This document shows, one piece after another, positions 12,317-22,990 of a stretch of DNA of 64,000 bases (position 1 is the stretch's first letter; the number at the start of each line of letters is the position of its first letter). Made by a program: the position numbers and the translations under genes. The stretch lies in assembly GCF_006345805.1 (NCBI RefSeq), contig NC_043014.1:6882001-6946000 (forward strand), given 5' to 3'. The notes beneath the pieces were generated by a model. That model searched no databases. It was not told the DNA's origin and saw nothing but the letters and a program-made list of their open reading frames with translations. The DNA comes from Octopus sinensis. Lineage: Eukaryota.

Positions 12317-12528
12317 TCATATAATTAGGTTTCTTAAATTCCTTTTCAACGCATACAGATACAATTATATACACATACATACATACACAAATCACACACG
12401 ACAGGGTTTGTTACTAAAATAACCACACACACACATACATACATACATACATACATCTCCAAAGCACAGAATTATCAAGAGAAAACAGTCTTGAGAACAA
12501 ATGAGAAATTTCAAATTATTCAGAAGAG

Positions 12529-12610
12529 GATGGGGGTGGGGCACAACCATCAGATGGGGGTGGGGCACAACCATCAGATGGGGGCGGGCACAACCATCAG
12601 ATGGGGGTGG
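12529..12610. repeat. 24-bp minisatellite (3.4 copies) in the Aurora 3' UTR
   Basis: gatgggggtggggcacaaccatca repeated at 12529, 12553, 12577 (23 nt) and 12600 (partial). Confidence 0.9.
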
Positions 12611-12911
12611 TGGTGATAAAGAGGGTGGGTAAAAGGAGTGTCCAGGAAAAATTTTATTATCTACACCTTGCCAGCCAATCTACCTTTTTCTTGCAAGAAT
12701 TTTCGTTTTTTCAGTCTTTTCAGTTTCTGTTTACAAAGGAGTTTCTTTATTGCAGTTCTTGCCATGGGTCATAAACTGAGTGGTTTTCATAAGAGGAGGA
12801 GGAGGAGGAAACAAAAAAAACAAAAATGGGGGTGGAGGGAAGAGTGGTCGCTTGGTCGGCTGGCTGGTTGGTTGGTTAGGTAGGTAGGTAGGTAAAGTAA
12901 ATGCTAAAATA

Positions 12912-13031
12912 TTATTGAGATTCTGTTGACTGTGGAACCACTGGGATGGTAATATTGCATTTCGATGTGATCCAACGGTGGTTGAGTACACCTGTCAAAG
13001 GCAGTCTTTGAGCAGGGTCAAATCGCAAAAG
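12912..13031 (-). CDS. aurk: Aurora kinase, terminal coding exon (LLRFDPAQRLPLTGVLNHRWITSKCNITIPVVPQSTESQ*)
   Basis: Acceptor ctctttgcag|CTT, phase 0 matching the preceding ...LIKK exon; kinase subdomain XI Arg with an RxxL D-box-like motif; TAA at 12914-12912. Not present in the supplied ORF track. Confidence 0.9.
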   Translation of the reverse strand, partial: LLRFDPAQRLPLTGVLNHRWITSKCNITIPVVPQSTESQ

Positions 13032-13186
13032 CTGCAAAGAGAAATAAAAAGCAATGTGTAAACATCATATTAATTAAAGACACCCTTCAGCGGTCATGAG
13101 GGGCCATAGGACTGCACATAGAAAGTTCCCTATCCGAAGCTTAAGTCCGGGCAAGGTTGTTTGTGGAAGACCAGCAGTTGCCCATC

Positions 13187-13995
13187 CATACCTATTTCTT
13201 TATTACCCACAAGGGGCTAAACACAGAGGGGACAAACAAAGACAGACATAGGTATTAAGTCGATTGCATCGACCCCAGTGCGTATCTGATACTTAATTTA
13301 TCGACCCCGAAAGGATGAAAGGCAAAGTCGACCTCGGCGGAATTTGAACTCACAACGTAATGGCAGATGAAATACCTATTTCTTTACTACCCACAAGGGA
13401 CAGAGGGGACAAACATCGACCCCAGTGCATAACTGGTACTTAATTTATCGACCCCGAAAGGATGAAAGGCAAAGTCGACCTCGGCGGAATTTGAACTCAC
13501 AACGTAACAGCAGATGAAATACCTATTTCTTTACTACCCACAAGGGACAGAGGGGACAAACATCGACCCCAGTGCATAACTGGTACTTAATTTATCGACC
13601 CCGAAAGGATGAAAGGCAAAGTCGACCTCGGCGGAATTTGAACTCACAACGTAACGGCAGATGAAATACCTATTTCTTTACTACCCACAAGGGACAGAGG
13701 GGACAAACATCGACCCCAGTGCATAACTGGTACTTAATTTATCGACCCCCGAAAGATGAAAGGCAAAGTCGACCTCGGCGGAATTTGAACTCACAACGTA
13801 ACGGCAGATGAAATACCTATTTCTTTACTACCCACAAGGGACAGAGGGGACAAACATCGACCCCAGTGCATAACTGGTACTTAATTTATCGACCCCGAAA
13901 GGATGAAAGGCAAAGTCGACCTCGGCGGAATTTGAACTCACAACGTAACGGCAGACGAAATACGGCTAAGCATTTTGCCCGGCGTGCTAACCTTT
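13187..13995 (-). repeat. 147-bp tandem array formed inside a Meta-like SINE
   Basis: gaaatac recurs at 13369, 13516, 13663, 13810 and 13957 (exact 147-bp period); the SINE head follows at ~13960-13995. Confidence 0.9.
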
Positions 13996-15236
13996 CTGCC
14001 AGCTCGCCGCCTATGCATACCAGCCTCTCCTCTCCATGCCACTGATGTTATCCAAGGGAAAGGCAAAGGAGCCGATGTAGCTTGGCACCAGTAACATCAC
14101 AACTCACCTCTACAGCTGAGTGAACTGGAGCAACATGAAATAAAGTGTCTTGCTCAAGAACACAACCATATAATTGTAAGCTCAGTGCTCTAACCACTGA
14201 GCCATGCACCTTCACATAAGCATCCTCTCATAATGACCCCATTCAGTCACAAATTACTATGGGACTGCACCTAGAAGATTCCCCATCAGAGATACAAGCT
14301 TAGGAAAGGTTTATGGAAGACCGGCAGTCACCCATGCACACCAGCCTCCCCTTTCTCAATGCCACCAATGTTATCCAAGGGAAAGCCAAAGGTTGATACA
14401 ACTTGGCCCCAGTGACATTGCACTTCATTTCTACAGTTGAGGGAACTGGAGCAATGTGACAGATGGATGGAAGCACTCCGTCGGTTACGACGGTGAGGGT
14501 TCCGGTTGATCCGAATCAACAGAACAGCCTGCTCGTGAAATTAACGTGTAAGTGGCTGAGCACTCCACAGACACGTGCACCCTTAACGTAGTTCTCGGGG
14601 ATATTCAGCGTGACAGAGAGAGTGACAAGGCCGGCCTCTTGAAATACAGGTACAACAGAGACAGGAAGTAAGAGTAAGAGAAAGAGTACAGCAGGGATCA
14701 CCACCATTCCTGCCGGAGCCTCATGGAGCTTTTTAGGTGTTTTCGCTCAATAAACACTCACAACGCCCGGTCTGGGAATCGAAACCGCGATCCTATGACC
14801 GCGAGTCCGCTGCCCTAACAACTGGGCCATTGCGCCTCCACAATGTGACAGATAATGTGTCTTGCTCAAGAAAAACAACACAGCCCAATTTGGAAACTGA
14901 ACTCACTACTTCATGATTACAAGCCTGATGCTCTAACCTCGAACACACACCATTTTAACATCCACTCTTCCGGGCTTACATCAGTTAGATAGAATTCGTT
15001 GGGGCAGATTTACTACAGTCAGATGCCCTTCCTGTCCCTAACCCATACCACGTAAAGTGATATTTCACCAGGGCCAGACGTTTTTCACAAAACACTGGAA
15101 ATGACTCACCTCACATGTATGACAACAATGATCATACCCAAGCATCGTGTGGTGTCTGGACAAAGACCCACACAACAGTTTCTTCCAGTTTCTGTCTACA
15201 AGATCCAGTCAGAAGGATTTGGTCGGCCCAGGGCTA

Positions 15237-15665
15237 TATCATCATTTAGCATCCGCTTTCCATGCTGGCATGGGTTGGACAGTTCAACTGCGGTCTGGGA
15301 AGCCAGAAGCCTGCACCAGGCCCAGTCTGATCTGGCAATGTTTCTACGGCTGGATGCCCTTCCTAACACCAACCACTCCGTGAGTGTAGTGGGTGCTTTT
15401 TACGTCCCACCGGCACCGGTGCCAGACAGGGTTGGCAAACGGCCACGGTTGGATGGTGCCTTTTACGTGCCACTGGCACGGGGGCCAGGCGAGGCTGGCA
15501 ACAGCCACGATCAGATGGTGCTTTTTACGTGCCACCGGCACGGAGGCCAGTCGTGGCGCTGCTGGCAACGGCCACATTCGGATGGTTCGCTTACATGCTA
15601 CCGGCACTGGTATCACAGCTGCAATTCCCATTGATGTTGATCGACTACGATTTTGGTTCTGATTT
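15237..15665 (-). mobile_element. 5'-truncated copy of the RTE LINE 3' UTR; representative of many copies
   Basis: Matches 60940-61327: (cat)n, ccatgct.gcatgg, ggatgcccttcctaacgccaaccactcc and gtgccaccggcac modules. Others: 24308-24660, 28940-29460, 29995-31160, 33100-33475, 34225-34690, 40780-41005, 44930-45305, 51020-51290, 54810-55040, 56570-56860. Confidence 0.85.
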
Positions 15666-15852
15666 TTATATAATACAAGAAATGTATCCAAGCTGATGTA
15701 CACACAGAGTGGAACTGAATCCAAGCCCACAAGATCAGAAAGCAAGGTTCCTAACCATGCACCCACATCCATAAACAACGACTTACCAAACTCACACACA
15801 CACCTGAAATCACCACACAACATTATTTAGCTGAGAAGAGAGGTAAGTGTAC

Positions 15853-16084
15853 CTTTTTAATCAGGTCGGCAGCATCTGAACTCACGTAATCGGGGATTGT
15901 GTAAATAACTTTCGTTATTCTGCGATATGTCTCTGTGTGGCCATCGGCCTCAAATGGTGGCCTACCAACCACAAACTCGTAGCACAACACTCCAAGACTC
16001 CACAAGTCCACCTTGTCATCATGCGGCCGGTTCTCGATCATCTCTGGAGGCAGGTAGTCAAGAGTTCCACACAATGTGGTACGT
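15853..16084 (-). CDS. aurk: Aurora kinase exon: activation segment to subdomain X
   Basis: ttcttgtag|A CGT ACC... encodes (R)[45 protein letters not shown]...DLIKK|gtacac; 232 bp, phase 2 in and phase 0 out. Confidence 0.97.
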
Positions 16085-16284
16085 CTACAAGAAAAACAAA
16101 AGGAAAATGGTAGCATAAATAGCAGACCTCAAAGAAAAATGTATACGGCTGCGTGGTAAGTGGTTTGTTTACCAACCACATGGTTCTGGGTTCAGTCGGC
16201 AACTTGGGCAAGTGTCTTCTATAGCCTTGGGCTGACCAAAGCCTTGTGAATGGATTTGGCAGATGGAAACTGAAAGAAGCCCGT

Positions 16285-16296
16285 CGTATATATATG

Positions 16297-16330
<34 letters not shown>

Positions 16331-16423
16331 GTGTATATATATCTGTATGTGTGTATATATATATATATCTGTATGTGTATATATATATATGTATGTGTAT
16401 ATATATATATGTATGTGTATATA

Positions 16424-16479
<56 letters not shown>

Positions 16480-16496
16480 ATATATATATGTATGTG

Positions 16497-16570
<74 letters not shown>

Positions 16571-16632
16571 TATATATATGTATGTGTATATATATATATG
16601 TATGTGTATATATATATATATGTATATGTATG

Positions 16633-16671
<39 letters not shown>

Positions 16672-16755
16672 ATACATGTGTATATATATGTATGTATATA
16701 CATGTATGTGTATATATATATATATGTATGTATGTATATACATATATATATAAAA
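16285..16755. repeat. Expanded (TA)n/(TG)n microsatellite inside a CORE-SINE
   Basis: ~470 bp of TA/TG dinucleotides; source of the spurious YI-repeat ORFs. Confidence 0.95.
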
Positions 16756-17326
16756 ACACACACAGGCATGGCTGTGTGGTAAGTAGCTCGTTTCCCAACC
16801 ACATGGTCCTGGGTTCAGTCCCTCTGTGTGGCACCTTGGGTGTGGATTTGGTAGACGGAAACTGAAAGAAGCCCATCGTATATGTGAGTGTGTGTGCATG
16901 CATGCGTCTGCCCCCACCCACATCGCACAACAACTGATGCTGGTGTGCTTACGTCCCCGTTAGTGGTCCGGCAAAAGAGACCAATAGAATAAGTACTGGG
17001 CTTACAAAATGATAAGTCCCAGGGTCGATTTGTTCGACTAAAGGCAGTGCTCCAGCAAGGCCACAATCAAATGACTGAAACAAGTCAAAGAGATAAAAAA
17101 GAACAAAAAATACTTGGGGGTCAATTTCTGCAACTAAAAACCCTCCCCCACCACGGCCAGAGTCCAATAATTGAAACAAGATAAAAGGCAGTGAACTGAG
17201 AGTCATCGACCACGGGTTCTCATCACAAGTGAGACCACTTCCAAGGGAGCCCTCAGCTTGTTGAAGGGGCTGCCAGGCTTTAGGGGCAGTGGGGTAACAC
17301 TAAATTGTACCTCTAGCAGTAATTAT

Positions 17327-17580
17327 AATAAATGCGCTCTTTTAAAGCCTAGCCAGGCTCATGGGCCCAGTTTCCCGGTTTCTATGGCATATGTGTTCCC
17401 CAGCTGGACGGGATGCCAGTCCATCGCAGCGTTACTCATTTTTGCCAGCTGAGTGGACTGGAGCAACGTGAAATGAAGTGTCTTGCTCATGAACACAACG
17501 CGTCGCCCGGTCCAGGAACCGAAACCACAATCTTACGATCATGGTGCTGACACCCTAACCACTAAGCCACGCGCCTCCAC
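17327..17580 (-). mobile_element. tRNA-derived SINE with V-domain-like segment
   Basis: Minus strand reads ggaggcgcgtggcttagtggttaggg...gcgatggactggcatcccgtccag, resembling the V-SINE domain. Second copy + 56903-57145. Confidence 0.6.
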
Positions 17581-18569
17581 CTAGCAGTAATTAGACAAAA
17601 TAAAACTAGTAAAAGTCATTAAAATATAAAGAGATAGAGGCGTATAACATGGCTGAAAACATGTCTAAACAAGAATAATTTTTTATGTTATTTTTCTGCC
17701 TTGAATAGGAATTTTAGATGAATACGTTTGCTTGCTGTTTTCATATATTGTAATCATCATCCTCTCATCATTTAACGTCCGTTTTTCATGCTGGCATGGG
17801 TTGGATGGTTTGACAGGAGCCAGGTAGAAGACTACTGTGATCGCCGTCATATTTTGCTTAACGATATAAATTAAATATAATTAAAGGCGGCGAGCTGGCA
17901 GAACCGTTAGCACGCCGGGCGAAATGCGTAGCCGTATTTCGTCTCTATGTTCTGAGTTCAAATTCAGCTGAGGTCGACTTTGCCCTTCATCCTTTCGGGG
18001 TCGATAAATTAAGTACCAGTTACGCACTGGGGTCGATGTAATCAACTTAATCCGTTTGTCTGTCCTTGTTTGTCCCCTCTGTGTTTAGCCCCTTGTGGGT
18101 AGTAAAGAAATAGGTATTTCGTCTGTCGTTACGTTCTGAGTTCAAATTCCGCCGAGGTCGACTTTGCCTTTCATCCTTTCGGGGTCGATAAATTAAGTAC
18201 CAGTTACGCACTGGGGTCGATGTAATCGACTTAATCCGTTTGTCTGTCCTTGTTTGTCCCCTCTATGTTTAGCCCCTTGTGGGTGGCACGTAAAAAGCAC
18301 CATCCGATCGTGGCCGTTTGCCAGCCTCATCTGGCACCTGAGCTGGTGGCATGTAAAAAGCACCCACTACCCTCATGGAGTGGTTGGCGTTAGGAAGGGC
18401 ATCCAGCCGTAGAAACATTGCCAGATCAGACTGGGCCTGGTGCAGCCTTCTGGCTTACCAGACCCCAGTTGCACCGTCCAACCCATGCTAGCATGGAAAG
18501 CGGACGCTAAACAATGATGATGATGATGATAAATAACGAGCAATTTTCCAGTCTGTAATCTGGGAAAGG

Positions 18570-19060
18570 GTTCTCATTGAAGACGAAAGGAAAGGTCTAT
18601 AGGAGTTGTGTGAAAGCTGCAATGCTGTATGGGAGTGAGACATGGAGTTTGAGGGAGAGCGATGGCAATTATGTAAAGGACTGAGGGTGATGGTGAGAGA
18701 AATGTATGACATGAGGCTGCTTGATAAGAGGAGGGTTGAGGACTTGATGGGGATGGCGGGGCTGGAGGATCGGTGGAATGGACTGCAGTGGTATGAGCCT
18801 GTGTTGAGGGATAAGGAGCATTTTCTAAGGAGGGTGCAAGAGTTTGAGGTAAACGGACAGCGAAAGCAAGGTAGACCAAGGAAAATGTGGAAGGGACAGG
18901 TAGAGAAGGAGTTTGGGAGGGTTGGCTTGAGAAGGAGTTTGGGAGGGTTGGCTTGAGAAGGGAGGACGCCCCAAACCAAGCAAGATGGTGTAAGGGCAGT
19001 TGATATAGCATTGAGGTAGATCCAGCCACCCGTTAACAGGGACAAAACCCAGATTCAAAA
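18570..19060 (+). mobile_element. Degenerate RTE LINE C-terminal fragment
   Basis: ...LQWYEPVLR...GQRKQGRPRKMWKGQVEKE resembles the RTE RRLxWxGHV and GRPRKTW motifs. A similar relic lies at ~36195-36440 (RRLHRYGHV). Confidence 0.7.
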
Positions 19061-19114
19061 TGATGGAGGATGGATAGTACGGGATTTAAGCCTCTTCTCC
19101 TTATCTCCTCAAAG

Positions 19115-19570
19115 ACATAGATCATCTCGAAAGAGTCCAGAAGCTGGCTCCCGCATGGTTCTTGGTCTCAAGCATTTGTCTTATGAAGAAAGGCTGAAGA
19201 CACTTGACCTTTATTCTCTAGAAAAATGACGACGCCGTGGTGATCTCATTCTTGCTCACAACATCATAAGTGGAAAGTGTAACCTCTCGAAAGAGCTGTT
19301 CTTCACTCCTGCTCCAGAGCGTCGGCTGCGGGGTCACTCCAAAAAGCTCTATCTGCGACGATTTCATCTCAATCGAAGGAGAGGGGCTTTCTCCGTCCAG
19401 GTTGCGGGTCCGTGGAATAAACTGCCGGACGAAACGGTGAAGATGCCGATGACCGCTCGGTTCAAAGTCTCCTTTGACCACAAATGGCATGAACACCACC
19501 CTGTACATAACTCCATGTCCCCCTACATGGCCTTGCTTTTTGCTTTTTGAGCCAAAAAATTAACTTAACT
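19115..19570 (+). mobile_element. CR1 LINE 3' end
   Basis: Translates to LSYEERLKTLDLYSLEK*RRRGDLIL...LRGHSKKL...WNKLP, then a stem-loop and (aactt)n tail. Shorter copies at 23745-24048 and 28305-28452. Confidence 0.9.
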
Positions 19571-20130
19571 TATTACCAAGCACATAGACACACCATTTTA
19601 ACATCCATATTTCCACGCTTGTATAGGTTGGTTTCTACAGCTGGATGCCTTTCCTGACACCAACTCTCACCTGTCGGGAAGGTAATATTTCCCCACCCCC
19701 AAAGCCAGACAGGTTTTCACAGAATATTGAAAAGGAATGGAATTCACTTACAACAATCATATGATATCAAGACAAGGAGACACAAACACACAACGGGATT
19801 CTTTCAGTTTCCATCTACCAAATCCCCTCCCACAAGACTTTGATTGGTCCAAGGCTATAGTAGAAGACACTTGCCCTAAGGTGCCACGCAGGGGGACGGA
19901 ACCGAGAACCATGTCTGCACCTGTCTGTCTGTCTGTCTACACCAGTGCTTTTCAAATTGTTTGTTGGAGCGGAACCCCAAGGAAACATTCCACTGGCTCG
20001 AGGAACCCCTGTGCAATAATTTAATAGTCTTATACACACATATCTGCACAGGAGACTTAAAAATTACTGCAGATTTTAGCAGTTTTGTAACTTCTTGCGG
20101 AACTTGGCGGAACCCTGGTTGAAAACCACT

Positions 20131-20174
<44 letters not shown>

Positions 20175-20409
20175 GTATTGCTATTTTTATGCAAATAAAA
20201 AAAAAAACACAAAACAAGAACGAAAAACATGAAAAGCTAAAAACAAGGCCCAGGGGTGGCTGTGTGGTAAGTAGCTTGCTAACTAACCACATGGTTCTAG
20301 GTTCAGTCCCACTGCCTGGCATCTTGGGCAAGTGTCTTCTGCTATAGCCCCGGGCCGACCAATGCCTTGTGAGTGGATTTGGTAGACGGAAACTGAAAAG
20401 AAGCCCGTC

Positions 20410-20473
<64 letters not shown>

Positions 20474-20679
20474 ATGTGTCTGTCCCCCTAGCATTGCTTG
20501 ACAACCGATGCTGGTGTGTTTATGTCCCCGTAACTTAGCGGTTCGGCTAAAGAGACCGATAGAATACGCACTGGGCTTACAAAGAATAAGTCCCGGGGTT
20601 GACTTGTTGACTAAAGGCGGTGCTCCAGCATGGCCGAAGTCAAATGAGTGAAACAAGTAAAAGAGTAAAGAGTAAGTAC

Positions 20680-20828
20680 CTTGAAGTTGGAGCATGGACA
20701 GACCAGCCAAAATCTGCAATTTTTAATTCACCTTTTAAGCCGAGTAAAATGTTTTCTGGTTTGATGTCTCTGTGAATCACCTTTTTCTGGTGACAGTATT
20801 GTAGGGCAGCTGCCATCTGGGCAATATA
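20680..20828 (-). CDS. aurk: Aurora kinase exon: catalytic loop and DFG
   Basis: ttttacag|TAT ATT GCC encodes [49 protein letters not shown](R)|gtactt; 149 bp. Confidence 0.97.
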
Positions 20829-21541
20829 CTGTAAAAAAAAAAAAAAATACCTTGTTAAAAATTTGTGGTGGTCATACATTGTGGAGGTAAAAGGTATTAA
20901 AGAAAGACACCAGCAAGTAAGAATTCAGAGCATTGCAACAAATCAACCCTTTAGCATTTAAAATGACCACAAAAGGCCCAAATGTTCTACTCATTTTAGG
21001 TTTAATCCCTGGGCATTCAGATTATCCTGTCAAACGTAATGTTTATTTACCCACAGTTTGCAGTTAATCATGCAATTCCTCAACTTTTTAACATTCACAT
21101 TTCTCTGTCCAATCTCCTACTTATTTTGTACACATCGTTTTGAATTACTCAAGCATTGCCTCATAATCTTCAAGGTTTCTATGATGTCACTCCATATTTT
21201 CACTATGACATTGTAGGGTAGGTGTGAGATGTTGGATCTGGCCAATTTAAATTCCAAAGGGTCAAATCTCTGGCACAGGCTGACGTGTTGTTAAGAAGTT
21301 TGTCTCTCAACCATATGGTTCCAGATTGTGTCCCCACTGTGTGGCACCTTGGGCAAAAATCTGTAGCCCCAGGCCTTGAGTGGATCTGGTAGGTAGAAAC
21401 TGAAAAAAGCCCATCATGTGTGCCTGCCTTTCTGCTTATGATTTACAGCCCACAACCACCACTTGATTACCGGTGCTGGTTTGTTTATGTCCCCAAAACT
21501 TAGTGGCTAGCAAAAGGAATAAATACCAGGTCTATTCTTAA

Positions 21542-21763
21542 CCCTTTCGTTACCAACCCGGTTGAAACCGCCTCTGGCTCTGCAGTACAAATGTCTTGTT
21601 TTCTTAAGTTCTGAATTAAAATCTTCCACCAAACCTTAGTCACAATTTATGTTCCTAACACTAGCTTAATGATAACTAAGTTATTTTACTAAATTCTTTG
21701 TTACTTTTAAAATTAATTGAAAGAAACACAGAGCATCTCAACAGAAATATGGTAACAAAAGGG
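21542..21763. mobile_element. piggyBac-type MITE (TTAA TSD, CCC...GGG ends)
   Basis: ttaa|ccctttcgttacc...ggtaacaaaaggg|ttaa. Same family at ~21795-22015, 33821-34033, 48891-49111 and 49145-49355. A second TTAA-CCC family (ccctttagcatttaaa) occurs at ~20945-21260, 22020-22243 and 36857-37135. Confidence 0.8.
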
Positions 21764-22398
21764 TTAAAATACATAATAGAGAAACAATTCTTAATCCTTT
21801 TGATACCAACCCGGCTGAAACCGCCCCTGGCTCTGTGGTAAAATGTCTTGTTTTCTTAAGTTCTGAATTAAAATCTTCCACCAAACCTTAATCACAATTT
21901 ATGTTCCTAACACTAGCTGAATGATAACTAAGTTAATTTACTAAATTCTTTGTTATATTTAAAATTAATTGAAAGAAACACAGAACATCTCAACAGAAAT
22001 ACAATAATGAAAGGGTTAACTCTTTAATGTTCAGATTATTCTGTCAAATGTGATGTTTGTTTATTTAAAATGGTTTGAATTAATCCTGGATTATCTTGTA
22101 GTTTAGAGATTCCAGTGATGTAATTTTTTAGTTTTAGAATGACATGGTAGGGCTGAGGTGAAAGGTGAGATCTGGATAGTTTCAATGTAAAACAGGTTAA
22201 ATATTTTGGCCAGATATGGCCGGTTTGAATGCTAAAGGGTTAAAGTACTGGGGGCGATTTGTTAGGCCAAACCCTTCAAACTCAAGGAGTGCCCCAGTAT
22301 GACCACAGTTTTATGACTGAAACAAGTTAAAAACTAAAAGCTCCTGTCATGTTTATGTCTTCAGAACACAACTGTCTTACTCTCTCACACACACAAAA

Positions 22399-22990
22399 TC
22401 TTAAGTGAGGTTGTGTGCTGTCTGTCTCCTACGATTTAGATTCCTAACTACTCCCACATTTTGCGGTGCAGTGTAACCAAAACCAGGTATCTTATAGTCG
22501 TGATTCATATCGAACCCTTCTGGGTATTAGCGCGCGTCTACGATGAGTCTACGATTTAAAAAATAATTTACCATCATTATTTTCCATTTTGATGCATTTT
22601 TTTCGCTATTATATAAGGGAAGTAACTCTCTAAAAATGTCTACGATGAGTCAACGATTTTTAAAATAATTTACCATCATTTTTTCCCATTTTGATGCATT
22701 TTTTTCGCTATTATATAAGGGAAGTAACTGTAAAAATGTTTACGATGAGTCTACGATTTTAAAAATAACTTACCATCATTTTTTCCATTTTAATGCATTT
22801 TTTCGCTATTATATAGGGGAAGTAACTCTCTAAAAATGTCTACGATGAGTCTACGATTTTAAAAATAACTTACCATCATTTTTTCCCCATTTTTAATGCA
22901 TTTTTTGCTATTTTTTGGCTATAACTCTCTAAAAATGCTTATATAGTTATTTCCCTTACAAACCCGAGCAACGCCGGGCGATACTGCTAG
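22399..22990 (+). mobile_element. Non-autonomous Helitron A with ~100-bp internal tandem repeats (~4 copies)
   Basis: Ends gcaacgccgggcgatactgCTAG|T at 22990; ctacgatgagtc recurs near 22538, 22640, 22741 and 22840. Confidence 0.85.

Noticed and set aside
13187-13995. CRISPR-like array
   Set aside because: Units are fully repeated with no unique spacers, the context is eukaryotic, and no cas genes are present. The same applies to the arrays at 30490-30910, 39100-39785 and 62575-63387.
16038-16933. Long YI/HI-repeat ORFs in several frames
   Set aside because: Translation artefacts of (TA)n/(TG)n microsatellite inside a SINE.
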